Shown in pieces: positions 28,562 through 38,171 of a stretch of DNA of 64,000 bases (its first letter is position 1; each line of letters opens with the position of its first letter). The notes under the pieces are model-generated. The model did not search any database. It worked only from the letters and a program-made list of their open reading frames with translations, and was not told where the DNA came from. A program made the translations under genes and the position numbers. The DNA lies in NCBI GenBank assembly GCA_965246885.1, contig OZ251992.1:2176001-2240000 (forward strand). Reading direction: 5' to 3'. Source of the stretch: Abditibacterium sp. Its GTDB lineage: Bacteria; Armatimonadota; Abditibacteriia; Abditibacteriales; Abditibacteriaceae.

Positions 28562-29782
28562 GTGCACCCCTTTCAGCGTTTGCTCAACCGCGCCCTGCGC
28601 CGCTTGCGCGGCGGGACGCTGCGCGTGACCTACTGGAACGGCCAAACGCGCCGTTTCGGGCGCGGCGAACCCACCGTTCACCTCCACCTGAAAAGCCCCG
28701 CCGTTGTGCCGCGCTTGTTGCTCGACCCCGAACTCGCTTTTGGCCAAGCGTATCAGCGCGGCGAACTGGAAATCGAGGGGCGCCTCGAGGATCTGATGCG
28801 TTTGGTCGCCGCCAACGAAGCCCCGATGCCGCGCGCTGTCGAAGCCCTCTTTCACGGCGCCGCCCTGTTTTCGCGCTGGCAGGGCGTGTCCATCGGGCGC
28901 AACCGCGAGGACGTCCAAGCGCACTATGACCTCGGCAACGACTTCTACGGGCGGTGGCTCGACCCCTCCATGACGTACTCGTGCGCTTATTTTCGCACCC
29001 CCGACGACTCTTTGGAAGTCGCCCAAGCCAATAAAATTCGCCACTTGCTGCGCAAGCTGCGCTTGGAAGACGGTCAGAGTTTGCTCGATGTCGGTTGCGG
29101 CTGGGGCGCGCTGTTAGCGCAGGCCGCGCGCGACTCTGATGTGCAGGCGTTGGGAATTACTTTGTCGGAAGAACAAAAGAAGTGGTTCGACGAGCGCACT
29201 CGCCCATCGTTAAAAGGACGCGCCGAAGTTCGCTTGCAGCATTACCACGATTTAGCGCAAAGCGGGCAGAAGTTCGACCGATTGGTGTCGGTGGGCATGG
29301 CCGAACACGTCGGGCGCGCCAATCTACCCGCTTATATCGAAGACCTCCGAATGTTGCTCAAATCCGGTGGTATCGGCGTTTTACACTGTATCACCAGCGT
29401 TGCCGAAGAGCCAACGAGCGCATGGCTGGTTAAATACATTTTTCCCGGCGGCTACATTCCCTCCTTCGCCGAAATCGTGCGCGAACTATCGCGTCAAGAG
29501 TTGGTTGTCTACGATATCGAGAACTTGGGACAACATTATGCCCTGACACTCGACAAGTGGAGCGAGGGGTTTGAACGGAACGTCAAATGGGTGCGCGACC
29601 GCTACGGCGAAGAGTTCGTGCGGATGTGGAGCTTATACCTTCAATTCGCCGCCGCTTCTTTTCGGGAAGAGGATATCTACGTTCATCAAATCATCTTTTC
29701 CAACGGCAAAGCGACCGATTACCCTTTGACGCGCGAGTGGATGTATTCTCCCGACCCAGACGCGTCTGCTCCGCGCGTTTAA
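28562..29782 (+). CDS. cfa: Cyclopropane-fatty-acyl-phospholipid synthase family methyltransferase
   Basis: HYDLGNDFY, MTYSCAYF, LDVGCGWG, KYIFPGG, HYALTL. Confidence 0.92.
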   Translation: MHPFQRLLNRALRRLRGGTLRVTYWNGQTRRFGRGEPTVHLHLKSPAVVPRLLLDPELAFGQAYQRGELEIEGRLEDLMRLVAANEAPMPRAVEALFHGAALFSRWQGVSIGRNREDVQAHYDLGNDFYGRWLDPSMTYSCAYFRTPDDSLEVAQANKIRHLLRKLRLEDGQSLLDVGCGWGALLAQAARDSDVQALGITLSEEQKKWFDERTRPSLKGRAEVRLQHYHDLAQSGQKFDRLVSVGMAEHVGRANLPAYIEDLRMLLKSGGIGVLHCITSVAEEPTSAWLVKYIFPGGYIPSFAEIVRELSRQELVVYDIENLGQHYALTLDKWSEGFERNVKWVRDRYGEEFVRMWSLYLQFAAASFREEDIYVHQIIFSNGKATDYPLTREWMYSPDPDASAPRV

Positions 29783-29852
29783 GTGGGAATCCTCTTACTT
29801 TGTGCGTTTCCCACGACGGGCAGGAATGACCGTTGCCCAATACTACCCGCCG

Positions 29853-30509
29853 ATGATTCGATTTTCTTCCGTCGCTCTCCCCACCCTTTTGGCCGCGAGC
29901 CTCGCGCTTCCCCTTTGTGCCCACGCGCAAACAAGCGCGGAGTTGGGTGTGTCGCCCGCCGCATCCGTTGCCTCAAGCGGTCAGGCCGACGTGCATCTGA
30001 GCGCCGCCACGAGCACAAGCAAACCGGCGTGGGCCAAGTTCGCGTCCAATACGGGCAACCTCATCTTTCTGGGCGCGGGGACGTTACTTCCGCTTGTGGA
30101 AGACGGCCATAACGGGAATCAGCACGCCCTGCGCGTTGCCGATGCCGTCATTTCCGCGACGCTTCTCACCGAGGGCTTAAAGCGCGTTTTTCGGGAAAAA
30201 CGTCCGGACGCGAACTCGCGCGATTCGTTCCCGTCGGGTCACGCCACTGCCGCGTTTGCCGTTGCGACGATGCAAGCGCACTTTCATCCAAACCAAGCGA
30301 TCTTTTGGTATGCCGGAGCGAGCGCAATTGCCTACTCGCGCGTCAAGCTGCGCCGCCATTACAATCAGGACATCCTCGCGGGCGCGGCGGTGGGCATCCT
30401 TACGGCCCGCGCCGAAATCTCCCAATCGCGCGGCCTGCTACTATTTCCCTTTATTCACGGCGAGCGCAAAGCGAGCACAAGCGGCGTCGCTGTCAGCATC
30501 AACTTCTAA
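29853..30509 (+). CDS. PAP2 family phosphatase
   Basis: K..FREKRP, SFPSGH, SRVKLRRHYNQD; start uncertain. Confidence 0.88.
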   Translation: MIRFSSVALPTLLAASLALPLCAHAQTSAELGVSPAASVASSGQADVHLSAATSTSKPAWAKFASNTGNLIFLGAGTLLPLVEDGHNGNQHALRVADAVISATLLTEGLKRVFREKRPDANSRDSFPSGHATAAFAVATMQAHFHPNQAIFWYAGASAIAYSRVKLRRHYNQDILAGAAVGILTARAEISQSRGLLLFPFIHGERKASTSGVAVSINF

Positions 30510-30548
30510 GCGCCCTCACCCTTGAGCGTTTCCCCTCCGCGTCTTGTC

Positions 30549-31880
30549 ATGGTTTTTCGTTCTTCCTTTGTTTGTCTGGCGCTTCTTGCGGTTCCCACTG
30601 TGTCCGTGCACGCCCAAGGGGTGCCGTCCGCCCCAACTCCAAGCGCACCTGCCGGGGTTGCAGGAACGGCTTCGCTTTCCCCGGCCACTCCCGTTGTTTC
30701 CCCGGCGCAAACCGGTGCGCTGTCGTTGGACGCGGCGCTTTTGGCGGGGCGGAGCGGGAGCTTCACGCTGGGAAGCGCAAGCGCGCGTATTGCGGCGGCG
30801 CAGGCGCGTTTGGCGGGGGCGGGCGCGTTTTCGGGAACGACGCTGACGCTCGCGCGGGCGTTTGGCTCGCGCAACACGGCGGGGTTCGACGAGGACGTGA
30901 TTCTGAGTCAGATAGTGGAATTGGGCAAGCGCGGTTCGCGGGTTGCGGGTGCGCGAGCGGATATTGAGGCAGCGACTTTCGACCGCGCGGGGGTTGGGAC
31001 GGACTTGGAGTTTGCCATTCGCTCGGCCTACTTTGACGCTTTGCGCTTTGACGTGGAGTTGAACTTGGCGATGCAGTCGCTCGCGCGGGCGCAAAAGTTC
31101 GAGGCGGCGGCGCAAGCGGGCTTTACGGCGGGCGATGTGCCGCGCGCCAACGTGGTGCGCGCTCAGGTCGAGACCGCGCGGGCCGAGTCGGATGTGCGTA
31201 CGGCTCAGTCGGAGCGGCGCATCCGCTTGGCGGCGCTGCGTTCGTTGCTGGGAATGGCGGATGACGCGCCCATCCAAACCTCGGATACGCTGAGTTTCAA
31301 ACCGGTGAGTTATGAGTTGCCCGCGCTGTTGCAGGTGGCGCTCGCGGGGCGCGCCGATGTCCGTAGCGCGCGGGCGACGCTGCGCTCCAAGCAAGCCTCT
31401 GCCGCCGCCGCGCGCGCTTTAGGCCGCCCCGATGCCTTCATCGAAGCACGGCGGGCGGGGATAGTGGCTTACAACGGGAATCCCAACGGCACTTCTGTGC
31501 GCGTGGGCGTCACTATTCCCCTGTTCGACTTCGGGCGCAATCGTGCAAGCGCGGCGGAAGCGCGGGCGAACGTCCAAGACGGGCAGGGCACGCTCGATAC
31601 GGCGCTTCGGACGGCGCGGTTGGATGTGACGACGACGTTCGAGCGGCTGATGGCGGCGCAGCGCGCGGTGCAGGGGTTCGATCAAGGGCGCTTGGCGCGC
31701 GCGACCGAACTGCTGGACATGGCGCAAACGGGCTACGAGCGCGGGGCAAACTCGTATCTGGAACTGCTTGACGCGCAAGCAGTGTACAGGACGGAGCAAG
31801 CGGAATACGCCCGCGCGCTCGCGGCGTGGAACACGGCGCTGGCGGATTTGCAGCGCGCGGTGGGAGGGAAACTACCATGA
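30549..31880 (+). CDS. TolC family outer membrane efflux protein
   Basis: Signal peptide, VTIPLFD, YERGANSYLELLDAQ; first gene of the efflux operon. Confidence 0.88.
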   Translation: MVFRSSFVCLALLAVPTVSVHAQGVPSAPTPSAPAGVAGTASLSPATPVVSPAQTGALSLDAALLAGRSGSFTLGSASARIAAAQARLAGAGAFSGTTLTLARAFGSRNTAGFDEDVILSQIVELGKRGSRVAGARADIEAATFDRAGVGTDLEFAIRSAYFDALRFDVELNLAMQSLARAQKFEAAAQAGFTAGDVPRANVVRAQVETARAESDVRTAQSERRIRLAALRSLLGMADDAPIQTSDTLSFKPVSYELPALLQVALAGRADVRSARATLRSKQASAAAARALGRPDAFIEARRAGIVAYNGNPNGTSVRVGVTIPLFDFGRNRASAAEARANVQDGQGTLDTALRTARLDVTTTFERLMAAQRAVQGFDQGRLARATELLDMAQTGYERGANSYLELLDAQAVYRTEQAEYARALAAWNTALADLQRAVGGKLP

Positions 31881-33796
31881 ACGAAATTTCCAAACCACCG
31901 GCTAAACCGACCGGCCTCGTTGTGGGCGCCCTCGCCCTCGGTTTGCTTGGTGGCGCGGGCGCGATGAAGGTGCTTTATGGCCCGACCGCACCGAAAGAAG
32001 TTCCGACTGCTCCTGAAGCCGCGCCCGAAGACAAGAAGGCGGCGCCGATTACGGTCGAGGTGGCGCGCGCGACACTGGGCCGGATTGAGACGACGGTCGC
32101 GGCCAAAGGCACGCTTGTGGCGGCGCAAGGGAAAAGCGCGCGCGTGGCCGCGCTGTCGGCCAGTCGTTTGGCGCGGGTGCTGGTGTCCGAAGGGGATCGC
32201 GTCCATGCTGGGCAGTTGGTGGCGCTGTTGGACAATCGGAGCAGCCAATCGGCGGCGAGGAGCGCGGCGGCGGCGTTGTCGGCGTCTTTGGCGGACGCTC
32301 AGAGCGCTGAACTGGCAACGCGCGCGGCGCAGTCCGACCAAGCCAATGCGCTCCGAGCGGCGCGGCTGGGTTTGCAAAGCGCGCAAACGGAAAGGGACGG
32401 AGCGATACGCGCGGCGGCGAACGCGTTGCGTGGAGCGGAAAGCGACGCGCGCAAAGCGGCAGTCGGCGCACGCGCCGGGGATGTCGCCGGTGCTCTGGCG
32501 GCGGCGCGGCTGGCGCTCCGCTCGGCGCGCGTGGATAGGGGGGCAAGTGTGCGGGCCGCGCGTAATGCGCTCCAAAGCGCCCAAACCGACCTCGCGCGCC
32601 TGCGGGCAGGCGCGCGACCGTTGGAATTACGGCAGAGTGAAGCCGCCGTCACCCAAGCGCAGGCCACGCGCGACCGCGCGGCGACCGAGGTGACGCGCTT
32701 GCAGTTCCTGTATGAACGGGGCATCAAAGCGCGCCGCGATTTGGACGACGCCCAAACCGCGCTTCGCGTCGCGGACGCGAATCTGGCGAGCGCGCGCGCG
32801 GCGTTGTCGCTTCTGCAAGCCGGGGCGCGAAGCGAGGATGTGCAGGCCGCGCTCTTGCGGGTCAGTGGCGCGCGCGAGGCACTCACGGCGGCGGCGCAAA
32901 GTGGTGACGCGAAGGTTGCCGAAGCGACGGCAGCGCTCCGCTTAGCGCAAAACGGAGCGAGCCAAGCCGCTCAGTCGCGCCCGGAAGATGTGAGGTCGGC
33001 CACTCTGCGCGTGCAAGCGGCGCGCGAAGCCCTTGCCCAAGCGCAGTCGTCGGGAGCGTCTCGCGTCGAGTCGGCGCGCGCGGCTTTGGATGCGGCGCGG
33101 GCGAGCGCGATTCAAATTAACCTCAAAGCGCAGGACGCGCGCTCGAAGCGGGCATTAGCGAGTGGCAAAGCGGCGGATTTACGGAGCGCCGAAGTCGCGG
33201 CGGGCGTGGCGGAGCTACGCGCACCCTTGTCCGGCATCGTGGCGAAGCGCCTGCTCAACCCCGGTGACTTGGCCGACACGACCGCGCCCGTGCTGGAGAT
33301 TGCCGATACAAGCGAACTGAACCTGCTCGCCAACGTGTCGGGCGAAGCGGGCGCGCGCATCCAAGCCGGTCAAACGGCGCGCGTCACGCTCGCCGATGCG
33401 CGCGGGCGCACATGGACGGGCCGCGTGGTGAGCGTGGGGCAAATAGACCCGCAGACGAACTTGCTTGCTATTCGTATCGCGGTTCCCAACCCCGACGGCG
33501 CGCTGAAAATTGGCGCGTTTGCGAACGCGCGTATCGTGGTGGCGGCCAAGCCGCTCGCGGTGCAGGTGCCCGCGTCGGCGCTGCTTTCGCGCGACGGCAA
33601 AGCCCTTGTCCTCGTTGCCGGAAAGGACGGCAAAGCCCACGAGCGCCCCGTCGAGCCGGGGCAAGAGCAAGGCGGGCAACTAGAAATCAAGCGCGGCCTG
33701 CAACCGGGCGATGTGGTGATTCGCGCGAACAACTACCAGTTGGACGACGGCGCGGCCATCACTACCGGGGGCGCCCATGCCAAGGGAGCGGGCTAA
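31877..33796 (+). CDS. RND periplasmic adaptor (MFP) with very long Ala-rich coiled coil
   Basis: VSEGDRVHAGQLV, LRAPLSGIV, GLQPGDVVI; ATGA overlap with the TolC stop. Confidence 0.88.
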   Translation: MNEISKPPAKPTGLVVGALALGLLGGAGAMKVLYGPTAPKEVPTAPEAAPEDKKAAPITVEVARATLGRIETTVAAKGTLVAAQGKSARVAALSASRLARVLVSEGDRVHAGQLVALLDNRSSQSAARSAAAALSASLADAQSAELATRAAQSDQANALRAARLGLQSAQTERDGAIRAAANALRGAESDARKAAVGARAGDVAGALAAARLALRSARVDRGASVRAARNALQSAQTDLARLRAGARPLELRQSEAAVTQAQATRDRAATEVTRLQFLYERGIKARRDLDDAQTALRVADANLASARAALSLLQAGARSEDVQAALLRVSGAREALTAAAQSGDAKVAEATAALRLAQNGASQAAQSRPEDVRSATLRVQAAREALAQAQSSGASRVESARAALDAARASAIQINLKAQDARSKRALASGKAADLRSAEVAAGVAELRAPLSGIVAKRLLNPGDLADTTAPVLEIADTSELNLLANVSGEAGARIQAGQTARVTLADARGRTWTGRVVSVGQIDPQTNLLAIRIAVPNPDGALKIGAFANARIVVAAKPLAVQVPASALLSRDGKALVLVAGKDGKAHERPVEPGQEQGGQLEIKRGLQPGDVVIRANNYQLDDGAAITTGGAHAKGAG

Positions 33797-33799
33797 GAG

Positions 33800-36700
33800 A
33801 TGAACCTTTCGGCTTGGATGTGGGTGCATCGCAAGGCGGCGGCGACGTTGCTGCTCATTCTGTGCTTGCTGGGCGGCTATTTCGCCCTCCACTTGCCAGT
33901 CGCCATCTTCCCGCAACTGACGGTGCCGCGCATCGTGGTGGCGGGCGAAGCGGGCGATATTCCCATCGAAACGACCGTGACGCAACTCACGCGCCCCTTG
34001 GAAGCGGCGGTTTCGACCGTGCCGGGGGTGACGAAGGTGCTTTCCACGACGAGCCGGGGCGCGGATGGGTTGGATGTTTCATTTGTATCGGGGACGGATA
34101 TGCAATTGGCGCTGGGCCGCGTGCAGGGCAAAATCTCGGAAGTGCGCGCTTCGCTCCCAACGGGCGCGAACGTGACGGCGGAAGTCATTAACCCGTCCAT
34201 CTTCCCCATCATGGGCTACAGCCTTAGCTCGAAGACGCGCGACCTTGCGGGTTTGCGCCGCTTGGCGGTCTATACGCTACGCCCCCGCTTGGCGCGCTTG
34301 CCGGGGGTGGCACAGATTCGCATCACGGGCGGCGACGTGCCGGAGTTCTTGGTGTCGGTGCGTCCTGCCGCGCTCGCGGCGCGCGGCTTGTCCTTGGGGG
34401 ATGTGCAAAGCGCGCTCGCGGCCTCGAACGCAATTGCCTCGGTGGGCAACTTCGACCGCGCTTACCAGCGCACGGAGATTTTTGTGTCGGGGTTGCTTCA
34501 CGATGAGAACGACTTGCGCCGCGTTACCATCGCCGCCAAAGGTGGCATCCCCGTTCTGCTATCCGATGTGGCGACCGTGTCGCGCTCGGTCGCGCCGCAG
34601 ACGATTCTGGCGACAGGCAACGGGCGCCCCGCCGTGATTCTCAACGTCATCAAGCAGCCCGACGCCAATACGGTGCAAGTCGCTTCCGAAGTGCGCGACG
34701 CGCTCGCGGCGCTGAGGTTGTCGCTTCCCGCCGATGTGACGACCTCCTTGTTTTACGACCAGTCCCAGATAGTCAGTGAGTCGGAAGCGAGCGTGATCGA
34801 GTCCATCGTCATCGGCGGCGTCCTCGCGCTGGTGGTCTTGATGCTGTTTCTGGGCAATGCGCGGGCGGCGAGCATCGTGCTGATTCTGCTGCCGATGAGT
34901 TTGCTCATCACTTTTGGCCTCATGAAGGCGCTCGGCCAAACGCTGAACATCATGACGCTGGGCGCCTTAGCGGTGGCGTTGGGGCTGGTGATAGACGACG
35001 GCATCGTGGTGGTCGAGAACATGGTGCACGAGTTGGAAGCGGGCCGCGCGCGGCCCGACGCGGTTGGCGCGGGGCTGGCCGCCATCACTCCGGCGATGAT
35101 TGGCTCGTCTCTGACGACGATGACCGCGTTCCTGCCACTCACGTTCTTAGGCGGGGTGACGGGCCAGTTCTTCGCGCCGCTCGCGCTCGTGATGATTGCG
35201 ACGCTGTTCGTGTCGCTGGCGTTGGCGCTCCTGCTTACGCCGCTCTTGGCGAGCGTCCTTCTGCCGCTTCACGCCGCGCACGCGGGGCAGGGAAGCAAAA
35301 TAGAGCGGGCGCTTCAGTTCTTTCCGTCGCTGTTCGACCGGCTCGCCATCCGCTACCGGCGCGCGTTCGAGTGGTGCCTGCGCCGTCCGCTTGTGGTGCT
35401 CCTCGCGCTCGTGCCAGTCGTGCTCGGTTCGTACTGGCTCGTGGGCCGCTTGCAAACGGGCTTCTTTCCGGAGTTCGACGAGGGCGCGTTCGTGATAGAT
35501 TACCGCTTGCCGTCGGGCACCTCGCTCGCCGAAACGGATGCCGTGTGTGGCAAGGTCGAGGCGTTGCTGGCCCACACGCCGGAAGTGGTGAGTTGGTCGC
35601 GCTTGACCGGAGCGCGTTCGGGGTCGGGGTTGGAACTGACGGAGCAGAACCAAGGCGATATTCTGGTGCGGTTGCGCCCCGACAAAAAGCGCGCGTCGGA
35701 TGAGGTCATGACCGACGTGCGCGGGCAAATCGAAGCGAGCCAGCCGAAGATGGAAGTGGACTTGATCCAGATCCTCCAAGACGGCATCGGCGACATCGCG
35801 GGGTCGCCCTCGCCCATCGAAGTCAAGATTTTCGGCGACAACCCCGCGACTCTCACCCGCTTGGCGCACAAGGCGGGCGCCATCGTAGCGAAGACGCCCG
35901 GCGTGGTGGACGAAAGCGACGGTATCATCCTGAGCGGCCCAGAGTTGGTCGTTCATGTGGATGGGCAACGCGCCGCGCGCGCCGGGTTGACGACGCAAGC
36001 CGTGACTGCCGCCGCCGAAGCCGCCTTGCGCGGCACGGTCGCAACGACCGTTCAGCAGGGCGAGGAAGGCGTGGCGGTTCGGGTGCGCGGCGCGCGCGAG
36101 AACACAGGACTCAGCGCCGATGCGCTTCCCGACGTACCTATTGCCTCTCCCGCACTTGCGGCGGCGAGTGGCAACACTGCGCTTCCCAACGGCGGGACGG
36201 TGCCACTCCGCAGCGTGGCGAATTTGGAATCCGCGCTCGGAACGCCGCTCATCACGCGCGAAGACCAAGCGCAGCGCGTCGCAGTGACGGCGCGCTTGGA
36301 AGGCGTGGACTTGGGAACGGGCGTGCGGACGGTGCGAAGCCGCTTAGAACGGGGGTTGAAGTTGCCGCCCGGTTATCGCATCGAATACGGCGGGCTGTAT
36401 GCGTCGCAGCAAGAGTCGTTCGCGCAGTTGGGAACGGTGCTGGGTCTGGCGTTCTTACTGGTAACGACACTACTGGTGATTCAGTTCCGCTCGTTCCGGC
36501 AGTCGCTCGCCCTCTTCATCGCGGCGATTTTGTCGCTGTTTGGGGTGCTGCTTGGGTTGTGGGTGACGAAGACGCCGCTCAACATCTCCAGTTTCACGGG
36601 CGCAATTATGATCGTCGGCATCGTGACCGAGAACGGCATCGTGCTGTTTGACTTTGTGAACCAACAGCGCAAAAAATACCCCGACCGGGCGCTCCTCGAA

Positions 36701-36931
36701 CTGGTCGCGGAGGCGGGGCAGTTGCGCTTGCGGCCGATTTTGATGACCACGCTCGCGGCGATTCTGGCGCTGTTTCCGCTTGCGCTCGGTCTGGGCGCGG
36801 GCGCCGCGATGCAAAAGCCGCTCGCCGTTGCCGTGATTGGCGGCTTGTCGGTTTCGACGCTATTTACCCTCGTCGTCGCGCCGGTTTTGTGGGTGTGGAG
36901 CGAAAGCTGGAAGCGCCCGAAGCCGGACTAA
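33800..36931 (+). CDS. RND efflux permease (AcrB/CusA family)
   Basis: 1043 aa; NIMTLGALAVALGLVIDDGIVVVEN, RLRPILMTT, PLAVAVIGG. Confidence 0.95.
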   Translation: MNLSAWMWVHRKAAATLLLILCLLGGYFALHLPVAIFPQLTVPRIVVAGEAGDIPIETTVTQLTRPLEAAVSTVPGVTKVLSTTSRGADGLDVSFVSGTDMQLALGRVQGKISEVRASLPTGANVTAEVINPSIFPIMGYSLSSKTRDLAGLRRLAVYTLRPRLARLPGVAQIRITGGDVPEFLVSVRPAALAARGLSLGDVQSALAASNAIASVGNFDRAYQRTEIFVSGLLHDENDLRRVTIAAKGGIPVLLSDVATVSRSVAPQTILATGNGRPAVILNVIKQPDANTVQVASEVRDALAALRLSLPADVTTSLFYDQSQIVSESEASVIESIVIGGVLALVVLMLFLGNARAASIVLILLPMSLLITFGLMKALGQTLNIMTLGALAVALGLVIDDGIVVVENMVHELEAGRARPDAVGAGLAAITPAMIGSSLTTMTAFLPLTFLGGVTGQFFAPLALVMIATLFVSLALALLLTPLLASVLLPLHAAHAGQGSKIERALQFFPSLFDRLAIRYRRAFEWCLRRPLVVLLALVPVVLGSYWLVGRLQTGFFPEFDEGAFVIDYRLPSGTSLAETDAVCGKVEALLAHTPEVVSWSRLTGARSGSGLELTEQNQGDILVRLRPDKKRASDEVMTDVRGQIEASQPKMEVDLIQILQDGIGDIAGSPSPIEVKIFGDNPATLTRLAHKAGAIVAKTPGVVDESDGIILSGPELVVHVDGQRAARAGLTTQAVTAAAEAALRGTVATTVQQGEEGVAVRVRGARENTGLSADALPDVPIASPALAAASGNTALPNGGTVPLRSVANLESALGTPLITREDQAQRVAVTARLEGVDLGTGVRTVRSRLERGLKLPPGYRIEYGGLYASQQESFAQLGTVLGLAFLLVTTLLVIQFRSFRQSLALFIAAILSLFGVLLGLWVTKTPLNISSFTGAIMIVGIVTENGIVLFDFVNQQRKKYPDRALLELVAEAGQLRLRPILMTTLAAILALFPLALGLGAGAAMQKPLAVAVIGGLSVSTLFTLVVAPVLWVWSESWKRPKPD

Positions 36932-36935
36932 GCGC

Positions 36936-36961
36936 AAAAGCCCGCCGTTGAGTGGCGGGCT
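36936..36961 (-). terminator. Rho-independent terminator downstream of tRNA-Ser
   Basis: Minus strand AGCCCGCC-loop-GGCGGGCT followed by TTT. Confidence 0.7.
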
Positions 36962-36973
36962 GTAATGGCTATC

Positions 36974-37058
36974 CAGAGCGAGAGGGATTCGAACCCCCGG
37001 AAGGTTGCCCTTCGACGGTTTTCAAGACCGTTGCCATAAACCACTCGGCCATCGCTCT
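36974..37058 (-). tRNA. tRNA-Ser(UGA), long variable arm, CCA not encoded
   Basis: Acceptor stem AGAGCGA/TCGCTCT, discriminator G, D-arm TGGCCGAGTGG, anticodon arm ACGGT-CTTGAAA-ACCGT, T-loop GGTTCGAATCC. Confidence 0.95.
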
Positions 37059-37089
37059 ATGTTTTTATTTTAACCAACTGCGTCGGGGT

Positions 37090-37527
37090 TTAGCCGCGCC
37101 CTGTCGATCCGAAGCCGCCCTCGCCGCGCGCGCTGGTAGCCAACTCTTCCACTTCGTCCAGTTCCACGCGCTCGAAGCGGGCGAAGACCAGTTGCGCGAT
37201 GCGCTCGCCGCGCCGGATGGTGAACGGCTCGCGGCCTAAGTTGGTGAGGATAACGCCCACTTCGCCTCTGTAATCGGGGTCAATGGTTCCCGGCGCATTG
37301 AGGAGGGTGATGCCGTGACGTAGGGCCAAGCCGGAGCGCGGACGCAGTTGCGCTTCGATGCCGTCGGGCAACTCCAGCGCGAAGCCGGTGGCGACTAACA
37401 CGGTTTCTCCCGCTGCGACAATGTGCTCGCTCGCGGCGCGCACGTCCATTCCGGCGGCGCCAAGAGTGCCGTAGGCGGGTAACTCCAACCCCTCACTGCC
37501 CGCCAAGCGGCGGATGGCAACTCTCAC
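37090..37527 (-). CDS. dut: dUTP diphosphatase
   Basis: [37 protein letters not shown]. Confidence 0.97.
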   Translation of the reverse strand: MRVAIRRLAGSEGLELPAYGTLGAAGMDVRAASEHIVAAGETVLVATGFALELPDGIEAQLRPRSGLALRHGITLLNAPGTIDPDYRGEVGVILTNLGREPFTIRRGERIAQLVFARFERVELDEVEELATSARGEGGFGSTGRG

Positions 37528-38108
37528 CCGTGCGCCGCTCCGACCAGTTCCGGCTTCGCTTCTTGTTGGAGCAGAACGGCGACTTGGGCTTGCAGCGACT
37601 GCCCTTTGCGCCCGCCCGTCACCTTCGATTCAAGGGCTTGGATGAGCGCCTGCTGTTCTTCGTCCGTGAGCGGCTGTTGCGCCTGTCCGCCGGAGATCAT
37701 TTTGCCAAAGCAGCGCGAGTTGGTGCGCCCGCAGATGGTCGAGATAATGGCTCCATTGTCGCGCCCATCCAACAGGGCGAGCGAAAAGGACAAGCCTCCG
37801 CTGACGTCGTCAAAGGCATCGTAGCGCACGAGGGCAAAGTGCTGGATGCAGCCCTCGAAGCGCGCCGCCATTTCCGCCACTTGCGCTGACAGAAGGCGGC
37901 TACTTTCGCGGGCGACGCGCGCATCTTCAAGAGTGCGCTCCAGCAACTCTTGCAGGTTCTCGTCTTGGGGGCCGGAAAAGAACTGGCGCAGCATCTTGGT
38001 TTGGCCCGCCAAGCGGCGGTTCATCCCGATTAAAAAGGCGCACTGGACGGCGACGCACGCTCCTAAACCAACGACTACAGCAGGTAACAACGATAAGGGC
38101 ACGGACAT
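37524..38108 (-). CDS. DUF4446 family protein
   Basis: N-terminal TM helix, [26 protein letters not shown]. Confidence 0.82.
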   Translation of the reverse strand: MSVPLSLLPAVVVGLGACVAVQCAFLIGMNRRLAGQTKMLRQFFSGPQDENLQELLERTLEDARVARESSRLLSAQVAEMAARFEGCIQHFALVRYDAFDDVSGGLSFSLALLDGRDNGAIISTICGRTNSRCFGKMISGGQAQQPLTDEEQQALIQALESKVTGGRKGQSLQAQVAVLLQQEAKPELVGAAHG

Positions 38109-38136
38109 GAGCGCAGAGTGTAAACCGCCCGGAGCC

Positions 38137-38164
38137 AAAAAACCCGCCTTTGGGGGGCGGGTTT
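38137..38164 (-). terminator. Rho-independent terminator after secF
   Basis: Minus strand AAACCCGCC-loop-GGCGGGTTTTTT. Confidence 0.8.
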
Positions 38165-38171
38165 CCGCTTT

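Noticed and set aside
36932..37089. Genomic island integrated at tRNA-Ser
   Set aside because: No integrase, and no duplicated tRNA 3' end was noticed in the window.
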